Made by a program: the position numbers and the translations under genes. The notes below the pieces were generated by a model. The model ran no database searches. It was not told where the DNA came from and saw nothing but the letters and a program-made list of their open reading frames with translations. 64,000 nucleotides of DNA from a virus (taxonomy: Duplodnaviria > Heunggongvirae > Uroviricota > Caudoviricetes), in the IMG/VR virus record IMGVR_UViG_3300026382_000007. One strand, written 5' to 3'. Every line of letters starts with the position of its first letter. The stretch's first letter is position 1. Below, piece after piece: positions 35,337-44,595 of the stretch.

Positions 35337-35779
35337 TGAAAGAAACTATTTCAGACGCAGTGTACAATTTAGCTTGTACACTCATAGATCAGAACTTCGA
35401 GTTTGCAATACAAATTCATAATGGTAATGATTGGGACAAAGAACTTCCAGACCGTTTAAAAAGTCAAAAGGGGTTCTTACTTAAGCTTGATGGTGATACA
35501 TTAGCCGATATTGAATTTGACGACAATGACAATTTCATAGTGAGTACGGAATTTGATGATGAGCTTTATACGAAAACATTCGGACCAGCCGATGTTCAAG
35601 CGATTTACGGCATTGACTTGAAGCCACTTCTAGTTAAAAACTTCGTCGAGGCACACCCAATGCCTGAACCAAAAAGACAACCGTCTGAAGTGTCATTGAC
35701 TAATAAAAGAGAGCCTGATTCAGAAGGTTTGAGGGTGTCAATGGAAATGTTTAAGAAATATAATCCAGACCTCTTCTAA
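35336..35779 (+). CDS. possible SspB-like (ClpXP adaptor fold) protein
   Basis: FAIQI..ELPDRL..LLKLDGDTL..EFDD and C-terminal SMEMFKKYNP, resembling a conserved Campylobacterota hypothetical family as I recall it. Confidence 0.4.
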   Translation: MKETISDAVYNLACTLIDQNFEFAIQIHNGNDWDKELPDRLKSQKGFLLKLDGDTLADIEFDDNDNFIVSTEFDDELYTKTFGPADVQAIYGIDLKPLLVKNFVEAHPMPEPKRQPSEVSLTNKREPDSEGLRVSMEMFKKYNPDLF

Positions 35780-35982
35780 CCACCACTGGAACTTCATGTG
35801 GTGGAACATTTATGTACTTTTTCACCAAACCTCTATTTATAGGAGTTTGGTCGTGAGTACCTGAATTTCATAAACACTTTTTTATTTACAACGAGAAGTT
35901 TTAAAAACTTTTTTGCATGTATATAATAGTAATTTTTATTTTATATAAACTTATTTTTCGTAGAAATATTATAGGACGAATA

Positions 35983-38646
35983 ATGGAAAAATTGATTAAC
36001 CTTACTGTCTTCACTTCTGATTTCACGAAATCAAAAATACCAAACTCACCGTTTGGTGACAAGACATTCGAGTTCGAAACTGTAAGTTGTAGCTTCCGCG
36101 AATCTATTGATATCATGCGAGAGAACTTCATACTGAATAGATGTTATGACATACCTGAAAACACTAGATTAAGAAGAACTAAAAAAGACCTATTTAATTA
36201 TAAAGAGGCAAGTTTATCTTTAGTCGTGTTGGACTTTGATGAGATCGGAAGTTTATACTCAAGAAAGAAAGTGATCCATAAACTTAAAGAGATGGATCTT
36301 TACTTCGTGCTTGGTACTTCTAGATCAAATAACGACATAGACAACTTCAATATGAAAGGTGTTATGCTTGCGACGGGAACTAACAACAGAGTTTCAGTGA
36401 CCGCTATTTTACAAGAGCTGAAATCAGAACTTCACCGATATTGTAAAGTGGATCTGAGTGCGGCAAACGATGCAGCATTTCAAGCACCGACACTGACCGG
36501 AAAAGAACTGGTGTTCCATGAGGGAAAATATATACCTCATTATGAATTAGTCGATGCACCAAAAACTCATATTGACTCTTCTGGAACCCATGCACACCAG
36601 CGAACTATTGACATCTGTCTTGATCATTTTAAGAATCTCGGATATCAATTAACTGCTCAGACAGATGACGGCATACTTAACTTTGAGCACCCTCAAGAAA
36701 GTACAAAGGGTGGTTGGTTTTTATACCTCAATAATCCATTTACGATGCACCACTTCAATAATTACAGATCGTTTAGCTGTTTTGATGATGTGAAATCTCG
36801 CCAACCAGTGCAAGATTTCATTGATGAATATAATGCCAAGAAGCGAGAAGAAACTCTACGAGGTGTTGGTTCTTCAAATATGGTTCTTAATGTGAACCAG
36901 CGGTATCTATCAGTAACAACAGATGTAAAGAAAATGGTCAGTGAATGGCAAGAGGCGGACGGATTACTGAAAATCAAGTCACCCATGGGTACAGGAAAGT
37001 CAAATGTTCTTGAATATATCATAGCTGATTCACTTGAGCGGAACAAACCTGTGCTATTGATTACAAATCGTATATCAGTTGCTAAGGATTTCAAAGATCG
37101 TTATAAGCTGAAGTTATACTCCGATGGTGTTTATAAGATTGGTGACTCTATGATTGTTCAGTTTGATTCACTTTGGCGATTCAGTCTCCGTGATTTTGAA
37201 ACTGTAATCATGGACGAATTTATGTCAATTTTAATTCACTCAAGAAACACACTCGGTGATTACAGTAACCTGAACAAAGTGAAGCTTCAATATGGGCTGA
37301 AAACAAAGGCGGTTGTGATTGCTGATGCATTCTTATATGGTGCCGAGGAAAACTTCCAAACTGCGAAGCCTATTTTTAGTCTGATAAATGAATTCAGGGA
37401 AGATATAGATCTACTTGAATACCCTGATGTGAATTCAATCATACAAACTCTCGTGCAACGAGGGGTTCAAGCTAAAAAGCAACGGAAAAAGGTAACTGTT
37501 AGCTGTACATCAAAGATTATGGCACAAACAATTGAGCATATCTGCATTGCTGCTGGTTTGAAGACGATGGTTTTAAGTGCTGACTCTAATGACTCTGATA
37601 AAGAGGTTATTTATGACCAGTTTAAAAGAATTCGCCACGATGCTTGGGATGTGTTCATTTATACTCCGACATTGACAGTTGGTGTTTCCATTTTGAATAA
37701 ATGTAGTGACCATTTTCATATAGATGAATCAAATACAACCGATGTCGTTTCATCTTTACAGATGACTAGGCGATCACGAAAGGCTGAGAACATTCACTTC
37801 TTTTTGAAGGAGCGAAAGCGGTTTTTAGCTACTGATGCAGAGCAACTGAATAATGAGATCAGTAAAAACATTCAAAAGTATTATACTAAGAATAAGAACT
37901 CGTTATTGATCTCTATAAATGATGTTGGTGACTTTGAATTATCTGACACTGGTAAATTTGTCAATGAAGTTGAGGTGGTTTACAATATTTTGGAAAACAA
38001 CCACAAGCATTCATTTGAGATTCTTCTATCTCACCAAATTAAGAGTGAACCGAATATGCAAGCTGAGGCAATAGCCAAATTTGACATTAACGGTATAAAA
38101 AAGAATATCAAGGAAGCTGAAAAAGAAGCATTACTTGCTTCTTTGAGCAGTTTAGACCCGATTGAATATGAGAAAGAGATTCTTGAAGAATATAAAGAGC
38201 GAAACTATCTTGTGACACAAAAAGACAAGACAATTAAGCTCATGAGTACAATTCAGGAGCACCTGAAGCCAACTGCTTCACAAGAGCAAGTGAGGTTAAT
38301 CACGGAACTTGAAATCGCGAGTAAATTCAAATTCATTCAGGAAATGAAGCGACTAAAAATATTCCTGACTAAGAACACACAAGAGGTTAGATCTTTTATC
38401 AGCTATATTGTGTCAGAAGACATTGTGAACAAAGGGCAAATAGAATATTTCAAGTATATGTCAGCGGTCAAGACTAAAGACATAAAACTTAAAGAAAGGT
38501 TTTCAGCGAATGAAATCAAGGAAATTGACTCTAGGGTCGGGTACGGAGATTTCAAATCATTCTGTTCTAAGCTTGGTTACAAGAAGAGAGGTGGGATTTA
38601 TTTCCTAAGTGGAGACCATAGTACACTTGTTCGCTTATTAAAGTAG
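35983..38646 (+). CDS. UL9/origin-binding-like SF2 helicase with an N-terminal primase-polymerase-like domain
   Basis: LVVLDFDE; KSPMGTGKS, LITNRIS, IMDEFMS, YTPTLTVGVSI, QMTRRSR; AGGA SD before ATG 35983. Confidence 0.7.
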   Translation: MEKLINLTVFTSDFTKSKIPNSPFGDKTFEFETVSCSFRESIDIMRENFILNRCYDIPENTRLRRTKKDLFNYKEASLSLVVLDFDEIGSLYSRKKVIHKLKEMDLYFVLGTSRSNNDIDNFNMKGVMLATGTNNRVSVTAILQELKSELHRYCKVDLSAANDAAFQAPTLTGKELVFHEGKYIPHYELVDAPKTHIDSSGTHAHQRTIDICLDHFKNLGYQLTAQTDDGILNFEHPQESTKGGWFLYLNNPFTMHHFNNYRSFSCFDDVKSRQPVQDFIDEYNAKKREETLRGVGSSNMVLNVNQRYLSVTTDVKKMVSEWQEADGLLKIKSPMGTGKSNVLEYIIADSLERNKPVLLITNRISVAKDFKDRYKLKLYSDGVYKIGDSMIVQFDSLWRFSLRDFETVIMDEFMSILIHSRNTLGDYSNLNKVKLQYGLKTKAVVIADAFLYGAEENFQTAKPIFSLINEFREDIDLLEYPDVNSIIQTLVQRGVQAKKQRKKVTVSCTSKIMAQTIEHICIAAGLKTMVLSADSNDSDKEVIYDQFKRIRHDAWDVFIYTPTLTVGVSILNKCSDHFHIDESNTTDVVSSLQMTRRSRKAENIHFFLKERKRFLATDAEQLNNEISKNIQKYYTKNKNSLLISINDVGDFELSDTGKFVNEVEVVYNILENNHKHSFEILLSHQIKSEPNMQAEAIAKFDINGIKKNIKEAEKEALLASLSSLDPIEYEKEILEEYKERNYLVTQKDKTIKLMSTIQEHLKPTASQEQVRLITELEIASKFKFIQEMKRLKIFLTKNTQEVRSFISYIVSEDIVNKGQIEYFKYMSAVKTKDIKLKERFSANEIKEIDSRVGYGDFKSFCSKLGYKKRGGIYFLSGDHSTLVRLLK

Positions 38647-38650
38647 AATT

Positions 38651-38682
38651 TAAGCTTGTTTTAAGAGAATGTACGGTATAAT
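38651..38682 (+). promoter_or_regulatory. early promoter
   Basis: TATAAT 38677. Confidence 0.85.
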
Positions 38683-38707
38683 ATAACATAACTAACGAAG
38701 GACTAAC

Positions 38708-39163
38708 ATGAAATATGTAAAAATCTCACAAGATCAACTTGATCAAATCCAGTCATTACTAGATGCTAAAGACAAACGGGTAGAAGCACTACAAAGTGAA
38801 ATTAGAATCTGTAATGCTCAGTTAGAGTCATCTGGTTACAATATGATGGCTAAACAACTGTATATTGGTCGCGAAGTGATTGACACTATGCAAAAAGACC
38901 GTTGTAAAATGGTACAGGAGGCTGAGAACTTTGAAGCACAGATTGAGAAGTATCAAAATACTATCCGTAACTTGGAGTCAGCACTAGAAGTTGGCTCTCG
39001 TGACTCCGATCAAATGTTTGAAAGAGTGAGCCGTCTTGAATGTGAACTGTCACTTCAAAAGTCAGTAAATAAAGCAGCAGTGAAGCACCTGAATGAATTA
39101 AACAAAACTGGTTCAACTTTAGAATCAGCAGACCTTTCTAGAATTCTGGATAAAAGAGCATAG
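38708..39163 (+). CDS. coiled-coil hypothetical early protein
   Basis: After early promoter. Confidence 0.6.
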   Translation: MKYVKISQDQLDQIQSLLDAKDKRVEALQSEIRICNAQLESSGYNMMAKQLYIGREVIDTMQKDRCKMVQEAENFEAQIEKYQNTIRNLESALEVGSRDSDQMFERVSRLECELSLQKSVNKAAVKHLNELNKTGSTLESADLSRILDKRA

Positions 39164-39164
39164 T

Positions 39165-39392
39165 ATGTTTGAAGCACAAAATCACACTTATGATATCGCT
39201 AAATTCTTAAATGACAAGGGTGTTGCTGAAGAATTTGGTGTTGATTTTAAGGCGGTATTAACAGAAGCTTGGACTGAGTCCAGAACAAAGGCTGTTTGGG
39301 TGTTCCGTGAGTGGGCTCCACATATCGGAATCTCTGACATAAAAATTGGTCTTGAGGACTATTTCAAAGAGGGTGAAAATGAAAAATCGTAA
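39165..39392 (+). CDS. hypothetical protein
   Basis: Operon packing. Confidence 0.5.
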   Translation: MFEAQNHTYDIAKFLNDKGVAEEFGVDFKAVLTEAWTESRTKAVWVFREWAPHIGISDIKIGLEDYFKEGENEKS

Positions 39393-41202
39393 AGTTGAAG
39401 AAAAAACAGATAGAGAATGGTTACTACTGAGACCACAAAACATCATTGGTGCGATTCAGGCTGTGAAGACTGAGGGTTTTTTACTTGAGAATGGTAAGTT
39501 CGTTTGGAAAGATTATTACTTCGTACCAGCATTCTTTAAAATTGTCAATGAGATTATTGATAATACACTAGATGTGTATGTGAAGTCAGGTGGTAAATCA
39601 GGTGACAAGATTGATATTAAAGTTACCAACAAAAAGGTAACTGTAACAGACAATGGTTACGGAATTCCTGTTGAAAAGGATAAGGGTGCAAGTGCCTACA
39701 TGCCTGAGATTGCATGGGGTCGCCCTCGTGCTGGATCTAACTTCAACGACGATGATAACCAGGGACAACTTGGAATGAACGGAATCGGTTCATATGCAAC
39801 CGCTGTATTCAGTAAAAAGTTCACTGGTACAACATCAGATGGTAAGAATAAGATGGTGGTTGAATTCAAAAACAATTTACTTGAAACTAAAATCACTGGC
39901 CCGACAAAAACTAACCGCTCAGGAACAAAAGTTGAGTTTGAACCAGACTTAGAAAGATTTGGACTGACTGAGATTACTCAGGTTTATAAGAACCTGATTG
40001 AGCAACGACTCGTGAATGTAGCATTCACATATCCGAACATAAAAATCACTTTTAATGGAAAACTGATTTCAGTGAAGCCAAAAGAATTCGTGAATATGTT
40101 CAGTGATGATGCTTGTTCATTTGATGGTGACAATTACACTGTAGCATTCTTCCCGAATGACACGGATGACTTCAAGTTCTTCGCATACACAAATGGTCTT
40201 GCGAATACTAAGCACGGATCTAATATTGACTATTTCCTTGAAAGGGTTTCAACACCTCTTACTGCTAAAATAGACAAGCGGTTCAAGGGTATCAAACACG
40301 GTGATGTGAAAAACAAAATGACAATGCTTGTTTTCTTTAGGGGCTTCAAGGCTGCAAAGTTTGACGGTCAGATGAAAGAACAATTCACTTCACCACAAGG
40401 TAAGATTACTGAATTCCTTGGGAAAATTGATTTTACTGTGTGGGTCGATAAGCTTTATAAAAACAAGGCTCTTATAGATCCCATTATTGAAGTCTATAAG
40501 GTCAAAGAAGAACTTCAACGACGAAAGGATTTGAAAGGGCTTGAAAAACCTAAAAAGAAGATTGTTAGTGAAAAATACACACCAGCTATTGGTAAGAAAA
40601 AGTATCTCATTATATGTGAGGGTGCTTCAGCTTCGGGTGGTTTAATTCCTGTTCTTGGTCGTGATGAAATTGGTTACTATGAATTGAAGGGAAAACCACT
40701 TAATGCTTACACGGCAACACAAAGTAAGTTTACCAACAATCCTGAGCTGAGTGAACTTTATCAGATCATAAAGAGCGAGGGATATGAATATCCAATATTC
40801 GGAACTGACCAGGATCTTGATGGGTTTGCAATCAGGGGCTTACTTGTTGGGTTCTTTCATAGATACTTGCCTGAGAAGCTACATAATGGGATGGTTGGAA
40901 TGTTATCAACACCTATTATGGCAGCACGAAAGAATGGTGGTCTTGAAAAATGGGTTTATAAGTTATCTGAGAAATCAAAGCTTGACAAATTCAAAGATGT
41001 GAAGTATTACAAAGGGCTTGGGTCATGGACTGTTCCTGAACTGAAGCAAGTTGTGAAAACTGATGGATTTGAGAAGATGGTTGAGTTCTTTGAGTATGAT
41101 GATGATGCTCAAGAGACTATTGATGCTTGGTTGAGTTCAAAACGACCTGAAGATAGAAAGGTTTTCCTAAGAGAGAACTCTTTTGATATTGTCAAAGCAT
41201 AA
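39379..41202 (+). CDS. 39: type II DNA topoisomerase large subunit (fused gp39+gp60, GyrB-like)
   Basis: EIIDN, DNGYGIP, GSNF, GMNGIG, CEGASA, ELKGKPLN, TDQDLDG, YYKGLGS. Confidence 0.95.
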   Translation: MKNRKVEEKTDREWLLLRPQNIIGAIQAVKTEGFLLENGKFVWKDYYFVPAFFKIVNEIIDNTLDVYVKSGGKSGDKIDIKVTNKKVTVTDNGYGIPVEKDKGASAYMPEIAWGRPRAGSNFNDDDNQGQLGMNGIGSYATAVFSKKFTGTTSDGKNKMVVEFKNNLLETKITGPTKTNRSGTKVEFEPDLERFGLTEITQVYKNLIEQRLVNVAFTYPNIKITFNGKLISVKPKEFVNMFSDDACSFDGDNYTVAFFPNDTDDFKFFAYTNGLANTKHGSNIDYFLERVSTPLTAKIDKRFKGIKHGDVKNKMTMLVFFRGFKAAKFDGQMKEQFTSPQGKITEFLGKIDFTVWVDKLYKNKALIDPIIEVYKVKEELQRRKDLKGLEKPKKKIVSEKYTPAIGKKKYLIICEGASASGGLIPVLGRDEIGYYELKGKPLNAYTATQSKFTNNPELSELYQIIKSEGYEYPIFGTDQDLDGFAIRGLLVGFFHRYLPEKLHNGMVGMLSTPIMAARKNGGLEKWVYKLSEKSKLDKFKDVKYYKGLGSWTVPELKQVVKTDGFEKMVEFFEYDDDAQETIDAWLSSKRPEDRKVFLRENSFDIVKA

Positions 41203-41203
41203 T

Positions 41204-41235
41204 TAAGTTGGTTTTAAGCTAATGTACGGTATAAT
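41204..41235 (+). promoter_or_regulatory. early promoter
   Basis: TAAG 41204 and 41215; TATAAT 41230. Confidence 0.85.
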
Positions 41236-41261
41236 ATAGTATATTTAAACAAAGGCTTAAA

Positions 41262-41543
41262 ATGAAATTTGAAGATTATGAGGCAACAGTTGCGATACTA
41301 ACTAAATATGAGAAGTATGGTGACAAGGTTACAGCAAGGGAACTTGAGTTCGTTGCTAGTCGTGTAAAAGATAAGTCTCTTGAAGAAGCTTACGAATTCT
41401 TTATGGAAAGAGAAGAGTATTTTGAAAACAAGCTTAGTAACATTTACAACGAAACTGAGCAAATGGATATTGATAAACAAGGTGTGTCAACTGAAATGAT
41501 GTATGCTATTCGTAAAATTCCCGGAGTGAAGATTACACCATGA
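41262..41543 (+). CDS. hypothetical early protein
   Basis: After early promoter. Confidence 0.6.
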   Translation: MKFEDYEATVAILTKYEKYGDKVTARELEFVASRVKDKSLEEAYEFFMEREEYFENKLSNIYNETEQMDIDKQGVSTEMMYAIRKIPGVKITP

Positions 41544-41728
41544 GCTTATTAGATGAAATATTGGATACTATGGATGCTAACATCGAGTTCAACAATTTAG
41601 ATGAACTCGCGAACGATGAACGAAACTGTATTTCCAAACAACAAGCTGAGTTTCAGCAAGATTTAGAAGAAATACAATTTGAAATGAGAGCAGAAGAGGC
41701 GAATAAACTTGCCCTTTGGTGGTCATGA
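41540..41728 (+). CDS. small acidic hypothetical protein
   Basis: ATGA overlap. Confidence 0.5.
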   Translation: MSLLDEILDTMDANIEFNNLDELANDERNCISKQQAEFQQDLEEIQFEMRAEEANKLALWWS

Positions 41729-41742
41729 TTTTAGGAGATTAA

Positions 41743-43077
41743 ATGAAAATAAGTACATTTTTTGCCACTGACTATGTAGATGCAGCAAGCTATGATTCAA
41801 TTCGTAAACTCGCATCGTATAATGATGGTCTGAAAAACTCTGGAAGAAAGGCTCTTTGGGCTATTTTACAGAAGAATCTTACAAATGGTGTTAAGGTTTC
41901 ACGACTGGCATCAACCGTGTCAGAGTTTACAGAGTATCTCCATGCCGAGGACTCACTTCAGGAAGTCTTAATGAAGTTTCCAAAGCGATACCCTGGGACA
42001 AACAATATGCCTCTTCTACGGGACGAGGGAAACTTTGGGAAGCGGTTCAAGAATGAAAGTTCTGCTGCTAGATATGTATTCACTGCCCTTGAGGATTACA
42101 CAAATAAGATATTCATGAAAGTTGATGATGCTACTTTAGTTCACCAGGAATTCGAGGGTATGCAAATTGAGCCTAAATATCTAGTTCCTATTCTACCGAA
42201 CATTCTGATCAATGGTTCTATAGATGCGATTACAACTGGGTTCACTCAGCAAATCTTATCTAGACCAACAGCAAAAATCCTTAAAATGACTAAGGACTAC
42301 ATCAAGAATGGGAAAGTGAAAGTTCCTGATCCAGGGTGGAGTAACTGGGACGGCTATGTTAAGGCTGATCCAAAGGTTCACGGAAAATGGTTCATCTATG
42401 GGAAATACACAAAGCGGAATTCATATACATTGACGGTCACAGAACTTCCAGTCGGAATTGATTTAGCTACTTATGTGCAAATTCTAGCTGACCTTGTAGA
42501 GTCAAAGGTGATTACCTCATACGAAGATAAATCTCGTGATGAGAAGTTCAACTTCATTGTAAAAGTGCCTCGTAAGTTCTTTGACATGACTGAAGAAAAG
42601 ACTATGGAAACACTTGGGTTACGATTACCATTTACAGAGAAATACAACTGTATCGGTCTTGAAAATGACATCGTTGAATTCAAAAACCTTGAAGAGTTGT
42701 TTTATGCTTATGCGGTTGTCCGTGAAAAACACTACACACTTAGAAAAGAAAAAGAAATTGAGCGGTTGACTAAACAAATCAAAGAGAATGCATCCAAATA
42801 CCTTTTTATTAAGGGAATTGTTTCAGGTACTCTTATTGTGTCAAATCGTACTAAAAAACAAATTGTAGTCGATCTTGAAAAGATGGATGGTCTCGTTAAA
42901 AGAGAAGATTCGTTTGATTACCTACTCAACATGAGCATCTATTCACTTACAACTGAAAAGATGAATGAACTTCGCGAACAGATTAATGGATTGAAAGTCA
43001 CCTTAGACTTCTTTAAGAATGTATCTGAAAAAGAGCTATGGTCTACGGACCTAGACAATCTTACAATAAAGAGTTGA
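41743..43077 (+). CDS. 52: type II DNA topoisomerase medium subunit (gp52, GyrA-like)
   Basis: DGLKNSGRK, YLHAE, GNFG, SAARY (catalytic Tyr), EPKYLVPILP, ITELP-like VTELPVG. Confidence 0.95.
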   Translation: MKISTFFATDYVDAASYDSIRKLASYNDGLKNSGRKALWAILQKNLTNGVKVSRLASTVSEFTEYLHAEDSLQEVLMKFPKRYPGTNNMPLLRDEGNFGKRFKNESSAARYVFTALEDYTNKIFMKVDDATLVHQEFEGMQIEPKYLVPILPNILINGSIDAITTGFTQQILSRPTAKILKMTKDYIKNGKVKVPDPGWSNWDGYVKADPKVHGKWFIYGKYTKRNSYTLTVTELPVGIDLATYVQILADLVESKVITSYEDKSRDEKFNFIVKVPRKFFDMTEEKTMETLGLRLPFTEKYNCIGLENDIVEFKNLEELFYAYAVVREKHYTLRKEKEIERLTKQIKENASKYLFIKGIVSGTLIVSNRTKKQIVVDLEKMDGLVKREDSFDYLLNMSIYSLTTEKMNELREQINGLKVTLDFFKNVSEKELWSTDLDNLTIKS

Positions 43078-43115
43078 GGATTCTCCCTCGCTCTACACTC
43101 CCCATCAAAACCTTA

Positions 43116-43122
43116 TTAAATA
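43116..43122 (+). promoter_or_regulatory. late promoter TTAAATA
   Basis: Start of the structural module. Confidence 0.7.
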
Positions 43123-43140
43123 CTTCTAAAGAGGTGTACA

Positions 43141-43731
43141 ATGAACAAGCAAATACCAACTGATTTAATCGAAGTTGAATTAGAAGAAGCCTTTGCCGAA
43201 ATAGACGAGATTACTGGTAACCATTCAAGGGAGTTTTCTAATATTTCAGATATGACTGAAAATCTAGGACAACAAACTGAAGAATTGGTGCGAGGACAAA
43301 CACTTCCTCAAAAGGAAGTTATCGGGGAAGTGTCAACGACTGACATGGTTATCGATTTAAGTCTTGCCAATATAGCTAAACAGACATCCGTGAAACTTTC
43401 AAAAATGGAAACATTTTTAAGTCGGATTGAAGATAGGTTATACGATGACAAGACACTTGAAAAGATGAACAAGCACGAATTGATGGCACTTTACACGAAC
43501 ACACGACTAATGAGAACGGATGCATTCAAAATGCTCGCGGAAATTAGAAGAACTGTTGACTTTAGTGCTCTAGAGGCTCAACTATTAAGTATGCACTCAA
43601 AAGAGTCTATGCGAGACGACACTGTTGGTCAAGGTGATAAGATGAAAGGTATGTTAGAGCAAATGCTAACAAATCCGGAGTTCTTAATCACTGCAGCAGC
43701 AAACCAAAAATCAAAACTACAGGAAAAATAA
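43141..43731 (+). CDS. late helical protein, possible terminase small subunit
   Basis: TTAAATA promoter; position upstream of TerL; no diagnostic motif. Confidence 0.35.
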   Translation: MNKQIPTDLIEVELEEAFAEIDEITGNHSREFSNISDMTENLGQQTEELVRGQTLPQKEVIGEVSTTDMVIDLSLANIAKQTSVKLSKMETFLSRIEDRLYDDKTLEKMNKHELMALYTNTRLMRTDAFKMLAEIRRTVDFSALEAQLLSMHSKESMRDDTVGQGDKMKGMLEQMLTNPEFLITAAANQKSKLQEK

Positions 43732-44583
43732 ATGAAATTCAAACTATCTGAATCGGAAACAGTAAAACCAACGGAACTAACAGAGGCATCATTGTCTGCA
43801 ATTCTTGCTCAAGAATATAGACACTTGCTTGGTGTAGAGACTCATGCTCTAGAAGACGAAAACTGGAAAATGTTAGATGAGGTTGGTCGCTTACAATCTA
43901 AAATTGCTAAGAAACTTGCTAAGATTAAAACTCCAGTTTCATTTGATGAAAGTGCTATTGTGAATCAAATCGTTAAAAGAATGAAAGCAGTAAACAAAAA
44001 GAACGGTTATGTTCACATGGTTGATGATCGTGGAATTGAAGTTTCAATTGACATTGATTCACTTGATGGTGATTATGTATATGGTATTGATCAACACGAC
44101 AACGAGGTTGAAATTGACCTTAGATCTGGTGACTATGTAATGTTAGAAGCTTGTGACAAAGACGATGAAGAAGAAGTTGAAGAGGGTGGCGGTATCGCGA
44201 ACTTTGGTAAAAAGAAAGCGAAGCCATTCAAAAAAGAGGCTGATGGTTCAACTAATGATGCCCCAGTAGTTACTCAAGGTGCTTCAACAAAATTCAAGCT
44301 TAAAACTGGGTCAAAAGACAACTTGGACGAAGTTCAAGCGAATAAAGATGTTAGTGCTAAGAAGTTAGCAGCAAAAATGGCTAAAATGAAAAAGAAAGCT
44401 CATTGTACTGGGAATAAGACTCCAGAATTAATTCCTGGGAAGAAAATCAAGTTCAAATGTTCAACTGTCGACAAAGCTAAATCTCGTGCAGCTTCAAAAG
44501 CTGGTAAGAAAAGAGCTCAATCTGCGGCTGGTAAACAAGCAGCAAAAGCAGCAGCAAAAACTAGAGCATTTAGAGCAAAATAA
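43732..44583 (+). CDS. putative prohead core/internal head protein
   Basis: Acidic middle, Ala/Lys-rich basic tail, several (L/I)xE(S/A) protease-like sites. Confidence 0.45.
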   Translation: MKFKLSESETVKPTELTEASLSAILAQEYRHLLGVETHALEDENWKMLDEVGRLQSKIAKKLAKIKTPVSFDESAIVNQIVKRMKAVNKKNGYVHMVDDRGIEVSIDIDSLDGDYVYGIDQHDNEVEIDLRSGDYVMLEACDKDDEEEVEEGGGIANFGKKKAKPFKKEADGSTNDAPVVTQGASTKFKLKTGSKDNLDEVQANKDVSAKKLAAKMAKMKKKAHCTGNKTPELIPGKKIKFKCSTVDKAKSRAASKAGKKRAQSAAGKQAAKAAAKTRAFRAK

Positions 44584-44595
44584 AAAGAGGTCATA

